Source of the DNA: Lytechinus pictus
Taxonomy: Eukaryota
Direction of reading: 5' to 3'
NCBI RefSeq assembly: GCF_037042905.1
Contig: NC_087246.1
Coordinates: 32,488,001-32,552,000, forward strand
DNA: 64,000 nucleotides
Shown: piece after piece, positions 12,827 to 25,141 of the stretch
How the letters are laid out: every line of letters begins with the position of its first letter
Numbering within the stretch: position 1 is the stretch's first letter
Position numbers and translations under genes: made by a program
The notes under the pieces: generated by a model
What the model was told of the DNA's origin: nothing
Database searches by the model: none
What the model saw: the letters and a program-made list of their open reading frames with translations, nothing else

Positions 12827-14228
12827 TAGCTGGCCACGAGAGTTGATGGGTCCTTTTGATTTGTTATTTCTTTGCCAGAAATTAAATAAATGAATAAGAA
12901 AGAATATTGCTTTGGGTAGACCTAAAGTTATTTTCAAGTAAAAAAAAAGGGTTAAAAGAGAGGCATGACAACCTTCAGTTGGTATCAGGCGCGGATTTTT
13001 TTTAATTATTTATTATTGTTGTTTTTTAATTCTTGGTTATTCTGAACTTATTTGATCGATGAAATATTAAGAAATTCAGCTCGCACTTAACATGCTTAAC
13101 GCTTGCATTTACTTTTTAGTTATATACCTATCCTGGTTATAATAACAAGAAACTGCTTATAATGCCAAGTTATTGGCAGGTTGTAATATGAACATTTCAA
13201 ATCGCGCTTCGTGCTCGCATTATTTGATTGGTGAGATATGTATCCTCTTCATAAATCATGGAAAACAGTCCTTAACAGGTCCCTTTTCATGTCAGATATA
13301 AATTTCAGTTCTCGTTTTGTGCTCGCATTTATTAATTTTTTTTTAGTTCGGGTACGCATTCGATGTGTATGATTTAAAAAAAAATGCTCAGAATGTTCGA
13401 TTTTCAGATCAAACTTTATGAAATATCAAAAACGTTGAGCTCGTACATCGCGCTCGCAATATTGAATAACCTTATTTTGTTTGTAAGAAAAGACTTTCAT
13501 GACTTTCGATTGAGTTAGAATAACCCACTCAAATCCACCAAAAACCAGCTTTTATAGCAGCTGATCACGAAAAATTTGGATGAAAATACTCCCCTCCTCC
13601 TTGAAGCGAAAGCTGGATCCGCCCCTGTTAGTCGGGTAAAATATCATAGTAGCGGGAAAGCTGAACTAGAGTTGTGCCTCCCCCCCCTCCCAGTTCAAGT
13701 TCGGAGTGACGCCCATGATCATGGTGCAAACTTGAAATGCCATTCTGTCGGGGTGAGCATTGAACATGGCATTGAAGTGCTAATGACAACATAACCTCTG
13801 TTTCTTACGTTGGATAATACAAATAATTTATTTCACTTTATTTTATACAAAAAAACGCCCACACATCCAATGTTTCCGAGGTTTGCACATGGACTTCTTT
13901 CTCACATATTTTTTATCATATAATGTAATAAAAAAATACGAGAAATAAGTCCATGTGCAAACCTCGGAAACATTTAATGTGAGAGCGTTTATATTTTTAT
14001 GAAACACCTTAATCAAAATTGTTTTATAAACAAACGATGTCTCTTTTACAATAATACGTTTTGACCATGATTTACCATTGATCATACCAATCAAAACGCC
14101 CTCTTACATGGATTGTTTTCATTCATACCTGTCATGCCTGTGATCCAAAAACATAGGACAATTTTGTCGTACAAAATCCCCCGTTATGATTCTACAGTAT
14201 ATGTTTTCTCTCGAAAAGATAGAATTAA

Positions 14229-14690
14229 AGGGGTACTCCAGGCTGAAGATAATATGATTTGAACAGATAAAGAAAATCAGACAAACAATACACGGAAGAT
14301 TTTATCAAAATCGGACAAGGGCTAACGAATGACATTTTAAAGACTTGTATTATTTTGGTTAAACAGTTCTAGACATGTCTTCATGATATAATCAAAGGGG
14401 TACTCCAGGCTGAAGATAATATGATTTGAACAGATAAAGAAAATCAGACAAACAATACACGGAAGATTTTATCAAAATCGGACAAGGGCTGACGAATGAC
14501 ATTTTAAAGAATGGCATTATTTTGGTTTAACAGTTTATGTCTTCATGAATTTTCAATGAGCAAACTTAGGATATATCCCCACATGTTCTTTCGTATTTTA
14601 TACATGGAATTAGGTTTATTCATATCATGCCCTCCAAGAAAGAAAAGAAATGGATTTATAACTGATTTAATACATGTTATGTATAATATA
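14229..14690 (+). mobile_element. Partial TTAA-flanked (Kolobok/piggyBac-like) MITE with an internal 167-bp tandem duplication
   Basis: TTAA|AGGGGTACTCCAGGCTGAAGATAAT start, repeated at 14396. Paralogous to the complete element at 17049-17604. Confidence 0.65.
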
Positions 14691-15023
14691 GGTTATTTTA
14701 TGTGCCGGACGAGTTTATGAAATAAACATGTTTAAAAAATCTGTCATTCAATCAAAGTCCCAAAAGCTTCTCAAAGATGGAAGATTCTACGCTGGGGGGG
14801 GGGGTCCTTTTTTTATGGCACCAACTTTGCACTAGATAATCTTTTAAGGCACTTTCTTGGGTTCGCACAAAGGCTATCTCATTTTACCTTATAAATCTGT
14901 ATATTACCCTCATTGTATACATCATCAAGCTCAATTCATTCAAGCATTATTATTTTGAATTGGGATTAGACCTATAGTTAAAATAAGTTTCAAACATAGA
15001 CTAAATGAAATGACCAATTTTAA

Positions 15024-15609
15024 AGAGGAATCCAACCGGGATAAAAACTTGTTTTTAGAGGAAAAAGAAAAAAATCAGACAAGCTTACAGATGAAGGTTT
15101 AAACAATATTACACAAACAATAAGAAAGTTGTGAATTTTTGAAAGTTGTCAATATTGGTTATCACTTTACCCATGGAAACTTCAAATTGGCTGCATAAGT
15201 GATGTCATAGTGATGTAAGGCAAGGACTGTTCTATGTACTCCAATACATAAAATGGCTAATTGAAAAGAAAAAAAATTCTCAAAAATTTAACTTGTAATT
15301 ATAATTTTCTTTCATGAGGAAATAAATCAATATTATACTACCTAGTTTATATTTAGATTACTGCCCCAGGGGAATGGGTACTTAGGAGAAACCACAAATC
15401 CATGATAATTCAGTAAATGGCCTATGGAAAAGTTGTCCCTACCCCTTGTCGTGATTTACTTATCCAATTACCAATTGAAATCTATAGTCTTTTGAAGCAG
15501 TCATAACTTTCTTATTGCTTTTCCGATTTCTTTCAAACTTTCACCATCCTTTTCTATTTATTTTTCTCCTCTCCAACACAACATTTTATGACCAATTCTA
15601 GATTTCCTT
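15024..15609. mobile_element. TTAA-flanked non-autonomous element present only in the first MAPEG unit
   Basis: TTAA on both sides. The paralogous position near 17890 lacks this segment. TIR similarity is weak. Confidence 0.55.
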
Positions 15610-16154
15610 TTAAGTTCCCCATGCAAACTGTTTGGCAGGCATTCAAGTTACGTACCTTGCCTCGCTCCCAAGCTTTATGTGAATTGTTTTTTTTTCAGAG
15701 ACAGACGAAATCCTATACACTAAATACATTGTAAACATACTTTAAAAAATCTCTCTACTGTGTTTATAGTTCAAAGTCCAAATCAAAGGTAAAATTCAGA
15801 CTTGGCAATTTTTAGGCACTTCCTTTCATGAGTATATCAGATTCAATTGATTGGAATACAGCTCAACATAAACAAACGCAGACTTATGATTCTGGATTCA
15901 ATCAAAACACCAGGTCTGCAGAAGTGTAACCTTAAATCTTGATACACTATACGGCTATTCTGCTTTAGCTCCGTCAAACAAACTCAACTCGCTGTAATTA
16001 TTAGTTGCTTATCTTATTTATGAACATATTAAACAGCTGGACAACTACAAACGGTTTCTTACTAAGAGGGCGGGGACTAAGAGTCGTCGAAAAACTGTTG
16101 GCTGTGTAATTTTATCAGTTTACACTTCCGAAACAGGAATCTTAATCTTCCAAC

Positions 16155-16712
16155 ATGGTTCAGGGTCAACAATGGACAGTGGTGAAGTTTGCATCCACTG
16201 GAATAGCATTCATGGCTTTCGTTCTTTACCTTTACCAGGCAGGTTCTCTTCCATTTATACCGACCAAAAACGCCCCGAAGTCGGATGGCGAGCGTCTGAC
16301 CTATGCTTTCCGTTGCCTGGCATTTTCCATCCTGCCCCTCTTCATGGGCATCAGAGCTGTGGGAAACAAACGATTCAGTAACATCGACACCCTTGGGGCA
16401 GATCCGACCGCACCGGTCGACCCCGTCAAACATCGAGACTTCTTGACCCGCCAAAGGAATCTCCAGAATACCTTGGAGCAGACAGTCTTACACATCGGAG
16501 CAGTCCTAGCCCTGGCATCAAGTCTCCCACTTGATCAACTCTCCGTGATACCCGTCTTGGTCTTCTTCTTCGTCATCGGTCGGATCACCTACTATATTGG
16601 ATATCTTTACTTTGATAACCAACTTTACAGAGGGTTTGGTTTTGGTGTAACGTTCATGCCATCTGTAGTTGGCCTTGGTTATGCCCTCTTTATCATAATT
16701 TTTCGAAATTAG
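16155..16712 (+). CDS. TMEM79-like MAPEG-superfamily membrane protein, copy 1 (185 aa, single coding exon)
   Basis: Four hydrophobic segments; LQNTLEQ motif, GRITYYIGY, and YRGFGFGVTFMP resembling the TMEM79 C-terminal RGFGYGLTFLP. Start context CCAACATGG. Intact in both tandem copies. Confidence 0.88.
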   Translation: MVQGQQWTVVKFASTGIAFMAFVLYLYQAGSLPFIPTKNAPKSDGERLTYAFRCLAFSILPLFMGIRAVGNKRFSNIDTLGADPTAPVDPVKHRDFLTRQRNLQNTLEQTVLHIGAVLALASSLPLDQLSVIPVLVFFFVIGRITYYIGYLYFDNQLYRGFGFGVTFMPSVVGLGYALFIIIFRN

Positions 16713-17048
16713 TGTTCTGACCCAATCCGAATTCTCGTTATATTAATTAGGGTGTATGATGATGAGGGTATAAATGTTTTAGCGAATGACTCAATTTAGT
16801 ATAAATCGTATGATTTTAGGCATGATACTCTAACAGCCATTGATAAGTTAGTTTCTCTCTAAGGAGGTATATATTTTGTTTAAGTATTGTATCTTCATGT
16901 ACATGCAAGCCGTATGTCAAGAAAATAAGTATCATCCATTATGATTCATAAAGTAAGTACATGATTATCTCAGTGCACTCATGAGAAACGTGTCTTTTTG
17001 TTATGATTTAACAGTAAATGTTTTTATCTCGAAAAGAAATAGAATTAC

Positions 17049-17604
17049 AGGGATACTCCAGGCTGATAATAATGTGATTTGAACAGATAAAAAAATCAGA
17101 CAAACAATACACTGAAGATTTTATCAAAATCGAACAAGGGCTAACGAATGACATTTTAAACTGAAGATTTGCATTATTTTAGTGAAACAATTCTATATAT
17201 GTCTTCATGAATATTCAATGAGCAAACTAATGATGTCATATCCCCACACGTTCTTTCGTATTAATACGTGAAATTTATTCAAATTATGTCCTCCAAGATA
17301 TAAAAGAATTGGATTGATAACTGATTTAATACAAGTTATTTTATTATTAAGGGGACATCATACACACATTATATTAAATAACTAAGATTTCATGTTTATA
17401 AGAAAAGGGAAATTTGAGACGTGACACTACCAGCCCACCTGATGGATTTTTATGACGACGCGCATAATAAAAAAAACAATAACACAAAACATTGCTAAAA
17501 TTTAAAATTCAATAACTTCGTTATTTGTTATCAGATTTTGATGAAATTTTCAACAGTTTGCCCGTTTAATATAGATAAAATTATTTTCAGCCCGGATTAC
17601 CCCT
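17049..17604. mobile_element. TTAA-flanked (Kolobok/piggyBac-like) MITE
   Basis: TIRs AGGGATACTCCAGGCTGA / TCAGCCCGGATTACCCCT, flanked by TTAC and TTAA. A related remnant ends at 48156. Confidence 0.7.
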
Positions 17605-18431
17605 TTAAAATGAGCTGCTTGCGTGTTTTGTGCCGGAAAAGTTTATGAAATCTTTGTTTAATCATAGTCCAAAAAGCTTCTCAACTACGCTATGGGGGTC
17701 TTTTTCTAATGGCACCAACTTTGGACTTTAAAGGCCCTTTCTTCGTTCACACAAAAGCTGTCTCATTTTACCCTATAAATCTTTATAAATCACGTACCCT
17801 CATCAAGCTCATTTCATTCAAGCATTACTATTTTTTTCTGGGGGTTGGACCTGTAGTTTGAATAAGTTGAAAATAAAGATTAAATGAAATGACCCATGCA
17901 AACTCTTTGACATGCATTTTAGTCTCGTCCTTACCCTTGCTCCCAAGCTTTATATGAATTATTTAAAAAAAAACACGAAATCCTGCACTTGTAAACATAC
18001 TTGAAAAACCACTCAACTGTGTTTATAGTTCAAAGTCCAGAATCTGGACTCCAGATCGGAGATAAAGTTCGGACTCGGTCTTATTTAAGGCACTTCTTTT
18101 CTTTAGTACATCAGATTCAATTATTGATCTGAATAGAGCTCAACATTAGTAAACGCAGACTTATGGTTCTGGATTCAATCAAAACACCGGTTTCTGCAGA
18201 GGTATAACCTTAAATCTCGATGCATTATACACATCTATACTGCTTTATTCTGCTTTTGCCCCGTCAAACAAATTATTATTAGCTCGCTGTAAGTTGCACA
18301 TCATAATTTATGAACATACTAAAACAGCTGGTCTACTACAAAAGGTTTCTTACTATAAGAGTCGTCGAAAAACTGTTGGCTGTGCTATTTTTTAGTTTAC
18401 ATTTCCTAAACAAGAATCTTAATCTTCCAAC

Positions 18432-18989
18432 ATGGTTCAGGGTCAACAATGGACTGTAGTGACGTTTGTATCCACTGGAATAGCATTCATGGCATTCGTT
18501 CTTTACCTTTACCAGACAGGTTCTCTTCCATTTATACCGACCAAAAACGCCCCGAAGTCGGATGGCGAGCGTCTGACCTATGCTTTCCGTTGCCTGGCAT
18601 TTTCTATCTTGCCCCTCTTTATGGGCATCAGAGCTGTGGCAGATAAACGATTTGGTAACATCGACACCCTTGGGGCAGATCCGACCGCACCGGTCGACCC
18701 CGTCAAACATCGAGACTTCTTGACCCGCCAAAGGAATCTCCAGAATACCTTGGAGCAGACAGTCTTACACATCGGAGCAGTCCTAGCCCTAGCATCAAGT
18801 CTCCCACATGATCAACTCTCCGTGATACCCGTCTTGGTCTCCTTCTTCGTCATCGGTCGGATCACCTACTATATTGGATATCTTTACTTTGATAACCAAC
18901 TTTACAGAGCATTTGGTTTTGGTGTAACATTCATTCCATCTGTAGTTGGCCTTTGTTATGCCCTCTTTATCATAGGTTTTCGAAATTAG
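18432..18989 (+). CDS. TMEM79-like MAPEG-superfamily membrane protein, copy 2 (185 aa)
   Basis: Tandem paralogue of 16155-16712 with 12 amino-acid differences and the same motifs. Confidence 0.88.
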   Translation: MVQGQQWTVVTFVSTGIAFMAFVLYLYQTGSLPFIPTKNAPKSDGERLTYAFRCLAFSILPLFMGIRAVADKRFGNIDTLGADPTAPVDPVKHRDFLTRQRNLQNTLEQTVLHIGAVLALASSLPHDQLSVIPVLVSFFVIGRITYYIGYLYFDNQLYRAFGFGVTFIPSVVGLCYALFIIGFRN

Positions 18990-20728
18990 AGTTCTAACTC
19001 AATCCGAATTCTCGTTATATTAGGGTGTATGATGGTGTGGGTATAAATGCTTTTAGCGAATGACTCAATTTAGTATAAATCGTATGATTCTAGGCATGAT
19101 ACCCTTACAGCCTCTAATAAGTTGCTCTCTTACGACTTAGGAGGTATATATTCTTTAAGTATTGTTTCTTCATGTACATGCAAACCGTATGTCAATAAAA
19201 AAAAGAACTATTATCTATTATGATTCATAAATTATGTGCATGATTAACATCTGTATTGATCTTCATGATTATTTCTTCATTATAGAGATATATGTTACAA
19301 TCGACACCTATATCTCTCTACAGTCATGACAGTGATACGAAGTACAGTTCTCTCTGTAGATCAATCCTAAATCACTACTAAAAAGAAAGATTTTGTTAGA
19401 CTGTTTCCCCTTTTTTCTTTTTAAAGAGAAGGGTCCAATATGAAATACAATCCCCATCTAACCTTATGATTATAATCAAAACCTCTGAAAACAGTTGAAA
19501 AGACACCTTTGCCTAAATGAGGAGAAAAAATATTGACATAGAGATATATTCATGTTAACATTATATGCGCTAAGAAGTATAGTGTTATTCGCATATGATT
19601 TACCTGACACAAGAAACATAATGTAACATAGATGTGTTCCTTCTGTAGATTAATTGATTGAATAAAATAATATAGAGATAATATTGTAACTCTAACAGTC
19701 ACTATCATCATTATTATTATTTTCATCATTTTTCCCGTCAGAGATGAAAACAAAGCTCAAGAGAAGGAAAATGATGGTTACAATTAGGATTTCTCAGTGT
19801 ATTGCTTAAAAACATGAAAGCATGAAAAAAACGAAGGTCATTTTGTTCCACGTACAATTTGACAAGCAAAAAAAAAAGGGGTGGTGGGGTCCTCTCACTG
19901 GTGTATGGACAACCTATTCCCATTGGAAATAGTTGCTGTGACTCTCAAACGGAGGTGACAGGGACCGGATATGCCCCCCCCCCCCTATCCAAAACTGGGT
20001 ATTAGCTTACAAGGCTCAGACCTCTCCGTTCCATACTCTTCTTCCTTGCTTAATTTCTTCGAAGTTTTTACCTGAAACTTCAGAGGAAGTGTTTGTGATT
20101 GTGTGTGTTTGTAAGGATGCACTTCTGGGGACATATCCTTACATTTAACCAATCAACCGGGGACGTATGCGTTGTTAAGAGTTGATGTTGAAGGGTGAAG
20201 ATTTGTGTGTGAGGAGGATTAATGCGGATGGGTGTGGGTGATTGTGGGGGAGTAGGCCTAAGAGGGAGATTGTGAGGGCATAGAGTGGGATAGAGTGTGT
20301 GTGTGATGGGTGAAGGTGGGTGAGTGAGTATACGTCAATGGGGGCCGGAGGGTTTAGTGCGTGCATGAGTTCATGTGAGTGGGGGAGGGTTATAGCTCAG
20401 GAGGGAGTAGACCTTTTAATTGTGTGGGGTTGTATATAGTTTGAGTGAGGGAGGTGGTGTCCGGGTGAGGGTGGGGAGGGAGGGTGTGAGCATGTACGTG
20501 AGTGCAGTGCTGAAGGATACTGTTAAGGTGTGGGTGAGAAGGAGTTACGGAGAATGTGAGTATGTTTAAGTGTGGGGTTTGAAGCGAGGGAAGTTGTGTG
20601 GTGAGGAAGGAAGGGAGTATGTGTACACGGGGCGAGTGAGTGTGGTTGGTCGAGGAGCTCGTTTGCGTGTGCAAGGAGATGGTGAGGGAGGGTCGGGGGA
20701 GGGTGTGAGTGGAAAGTAATATTAGATT

Positions 20729-22215
20729 GTGTATCATGTAATAATAAAAGAAGATCTAAACTTCAAAGAGATACTTAGCAAAATAAAAAGACTTTTGGGA
20801 TGGTGGAAACAAAGGGATCTAACCCTAATGGGTAAAATACATTTGTTGAAAAGTTATGCATTATCAAAATTAAATTACGTCTCGTCACTTTTAGTTGTTC
20901 CTAACTGGTTGTTCGTTGAGGTGGAACGGATCACTTTTGAGTTTTTATGGTCAGGTAAAGACCGTATAAAGAGAAACATTATGTATCAGGATTACTCACA
21001 CGGTGGGTTAAGAATGATGAATTTTAAGTTGTTCATAAAGGCCCAACGTCTAATGTGGCTGAAACGTCTATTATACGGGGAACGCAATGCTGGGTGGAAA
21101 TTGTATTTTGATTTCTGTTTTAGATCACTCGGTGGGAGACTGTTATTTCTATGCGATTTTGATATTTGCAAATTAACACAGATAATGCCACAATTTTATT
21201 CTGAAATGCTGAAGGCTTTGCAAGATATGAGAAAATATAGATATATACAAAAGAGGAAGTAAACCCGATTATATTTAATAATAAGAATGTATGTGTAAGA
21301 GGTAAAATGATTTTTGATATTGATCTTTATAATAAGGGAATATACACTGTAGATCATATTTTTGATAACGGGGTTGTGAGACCTGTGGCTTATTTTCAAA
21401 ATCTTGGGGTAACCGCAGATGAACTGCTCCACATTATTGATATAGTACATGCTATTCCAACTACTTGGAAAAATGCGTATAGCTCTATTAAATTTATAAA
21501 GATTGACGATGAGAACTTCAATGTTAATTTGAATATCAGTAAGCTGGAAACTACTTTTGAGGTGATTAAATCAAAAACGATTTATAGTTGTTTTGTTGAA
21601 AATTTACGGGAAACTTATAATTTAACATTGAAAAATAAAAACATTAATTTGAATTTTACAGATGTTGAAATGTGTAATAGGCTTGCCCAAACCAGGAGCA
21701 TAACTTTGATTAGGAAACAAAGATAATTCCAGTTCTTACTTTTACACGGGGCGATTTATACCAAAGAACAGTTATTGAGATTCGGGTATGTTAAAGACAG
21801 TTTATGCTCTTTTTGTGGCAGAGAAACCGAATCATACATTCATATTTTTCTAAATTGTTCCAAGGTAAAACCTTTATGGGAATTTTTTATTAAATATTTC
21901 TGTATGTCTGAATTAAGAGATTTAGAATGGAAAGATATACATTTGGGATTATCTGGAAGTACGAATAGAAATAATTGTGTAAACTGTATAATCTTTTTCA
22001 TCAAATATGCCATTTTCCAATCCAGAACTAATGGTCAGGTTCCTTCCTGCCATAAGATACAAAAATATATTGCGGAACGTAGGGAGGAAGAAAAATGCTT
22101 GGCTAGAAAATCGGGCAAATTGAGTATACATGTAAAGAAATGGGAAGAACTGAAGGTGAATGAGGCAGTGAATGCAAACAGGTGTGAAGCGTCTGCTGGT
22201 GCTGTGAGTATGTAA
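20729..22215 (+). mobile_element. Decayed L1/Tx1-clade LINE, 3' part of ORF2
   Basis: LTLMGKIHLLKS..SKLNY, FLWSGK..IKR..GGL and the zinc-knuckle CSFC..ESYIHIFLNC. Frameshift near 21260 and an in-frame stop at 21724-21726. A GT-rich 3' UTR follows. Confidence 0.85.
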
Positions 22216-23059
22216 TGGTATGTCCGCGTGTGAATGCGAGTGTGCAATGGTATATGTCCGCGTGTGAATGTGAGTGCTTGCTGCCAGGGATGGGGGGGGG
22301 GGGGTCTTCCTATCTCCATGGTTAGCAAAATATATGTTTGAGTAGATCCAAAAAGAAAGAATATTTTGTTTGGGGTGTGGAAAATGTTTTGTTTGTTTTA
22401 TTTTGTTGATGTTGTGTTTTGTTTTGTTTTCGTGTGTGCTTTATATATAAAATCTTTATTCAGATTATTGTATATTTTCTAAGAATAAACATAGAGACTT
22501 TTTTTTTCTGTATTGTCTTACAAAAGTTGGAGGAATGGATATACATGTATAAGTACTTTTTTTATTATGGGATAACCTCTTCACTTAAAAAAGTCTGTAC
22601 TTTTGATTTTTCATCATACAATACGGTATTATTATACAGTAAATACATGTGAAATTACGAGGTTTTTGTTATTGGTATTATGGGTTATGATAATATTTGT
22701 TTGAAAAATTTATATCAAGATGTATATTATTTCATTAGTTATATTGCTGTATAAGTGTACTTCACTTTAATTTGCATACATGTATTTGATTTATTACCCT
22801 TGTATGTATGAAAAATGTAATAGTATCTGAATAAAGGCTAAAAAAGCAAGAAAAAAAATTCATGTGGGTGATGTGTGCCGCAGAAGCGTCGATCCTGGGG
22901 GCAGGGGGGGGGGCGATCGCTCCACCAACGAAAATATTGGGGGGAAGCAAGCATAGCGTTTTGCCCCCCCCCCCCAATAATTCCGTAAGTGCGGGAAATG
23001 ATTCCATCAATTCCATCTAGAAAAAAGCTTTCCGAAGTGGTATTAATAATGGCCATAGC

Positions 23060-25080
23060 CAGGGGCGGATCCAGCCTTCGCCAATGGGGGGGGGGGGGGG
23101 GGCCCGGAATTTTTTTCCCCGATCGGCTGTTCGAAGATGATTTTTGCCGAGTTATTTGGTTTCTTTGAAGGGGTAGTCACTTCTTAGCTTTATACTTGTT
23201 GAATAAACATAAATATATAATACCATAATCCTTATTTATATAATGCGAGCGCCAAGCGCGAGCTAATTTTTTTTGGAAACTTATGTATTTTTTCCTAAAA
23301 TTGTGAACATTCTGGGCAATGTTTGTTATCCTGAAAAAGATGTGTATGCAAATCAATAATTACTACGAACGTGAAGCGCGAGCACAAATGAACTGATGGA
23401 AAAGGTACTGTTAAAGACTACTTGACTAGCCATGAAGACGTTACATATTTTAAAAATCAAATAATGCGAGCGCGAAGCGCGAGCTGAATTTTTTTGAAAT
23501 TTTTACCTAAGGAATGGAAATTCTAAGCACTTTTTGTAACTTAAACAGAATAGGTATACACCTAAACAATTGATGCGAGCGCGAAGCGCGAGCGGAAAAT
23601 TTCGAGATTTAGACCTACTGAACGAGACACTCTATTCAAGTTTTGTAAATCATGAAAAGGATGAGTAAGTGGGGATCTTCCTTACATTAATAATGCGAGC
23701 GCAGAGCGCGAGCAGAAATATTTTATATACGTTTTGAACTGATCGAAAAGGTACCTGTTAAGGACTGCTTGCACTTAGCCATGAAGACGTTACATATTTC
23801 AACAATCAAATAATGCGAGCGCGAAGCGCGAGCTGAAAAAATATCAAGATTTAAACCTAAAAACGGGACACTCTATCCATGTTTTGTAAATCATGAAAAG
23901 AATGAGAAATAGGGGATCTTCCTATACATTACTAATGCGAGCACAAAACGAGAGCAGAAAATGTTTGATATTGTGATCTGAAACTGGATAATAATTTAGT
24001 AGAGAACAAGTTATCTATCTGAACAAACATGCGCGGGCGTGTTTCATATTTAGACCTAGAATCTAGGCATTCTAAATAATCTTTGATCGCGCGAGCTTAA
24101 ACTATTTGATATTCCTATCTGAAAAAAACGTCAATTTCAGCTCTATTTTTTAAGCACTTTGTAGGAAAATTGTGAGGTGGATATGGATTGCACTTAATAA
24201 AGAGCTGATATTTTCAATTATTATTACTTTGAGTTTTTAGGACCGGGACATCCTTAGGACATGCTTATGACAATGATGACTATCTTCCTATTCCTCTTGC
24301 TAGGTGCGAGATGAAACAAAAGGGACAATTTAATTATTATATTAATATCTTATTCATTAATTCCTAATGAGGGCGCGAAATCTGATATTATGGCCTGAAA
24401 ACTGGACATTTTAAGCACTTTTGTAATTATAAATAGGATGCATCAAGATGCACCAAAATTTTTGATAAACTGCCATGAAAAGGGGATTTTAAGTAGTTTG
24501 TTGTATAATCAATATTGAGACATAATTATATAACTTGCCAATCAAAATGCGAGCGTGCAGCGCTAGCTGATACGTTTTGACAATCAGACCTGAAGAGGGA
24601 TATTTTGAAAACTGTATGGAATACGCGAAAATAATAGGTACTTGATAAATCAAAATTTGCGAGCGCGCAGCACGAGCAGACAATGTTAATATTCAGACCA
24701 TGAAACTGACATTTTTACAGAGCACTTTAAAAAAATCAATTTGTAAATCACACAAAATAATGAAAGTTATATTTCCGAGGTGAAATATGTTTTGTATATT
24801 GACTTCCAAATTTGATATTTAAACTCCATATTGAACAAGATATGAAAATCACCTAACAGGCAATGCGAGGGCGAAGCGCGAGCGAAAATTTTATATAGTG
24901 ACATGAAAGATTATATTTATTTTTAAGTCTTCCCCTCATCTTATTTTATTCACTCGTCTTCCTCCTCTTCTTTTTTTCCTTCTCTTTCCCCTCCTTTCCC
25001 CCTTTTTTCTTTCTTTCCTTTCTTTTTGCTCCGCCAATAGGGGGAGGGGGGCCCCTCGCCCCCCCCTGGATCCGCCTATG
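23060..25080 (+). mobile_element. Complete 2.0-kb non-autonomous hAT element with internal ~120-bp tandem subrepeats
   Basis: TIRs CAGGGGCGGATCCAG / CTGGATCCGCCTATG, exact 8-bp TSD GCCATAGC (23052-23059 and 25081-25088), recurring ATGCGAGCGCGAAGCGCGAGC motif. Confidence 0.9.
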
Positions 25081-25141
25081 GCCATAGCTATTGCTAATTT
25101 AGAAAAAAACCTTAACTTAATCAATGTAGGCATGCCTGCTG

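Larger units (their letters stand above)
14150..19250 (+). repeat. Tandem duplication of the MAPEG gene unit (~14150-16970 and ~16990-19250)
   Basis: Upstream, CDS and downstream sequences align between the two units. Boundaries are approximate. Confidence 0.85.

Noticed and set aside
16077-16495. Antisense and alternative-frame ORFs over the MAPEG genes (also 18336-18772)
   Set aside because: Shadow ORFs; they recur only because the gene is duplicated.
20175-20737. His/Pro/Thr-rich minus-strand ORFs
   Set aside because: By-product of the G-skewed low-complexity tract; no recognisable domain or splice support.
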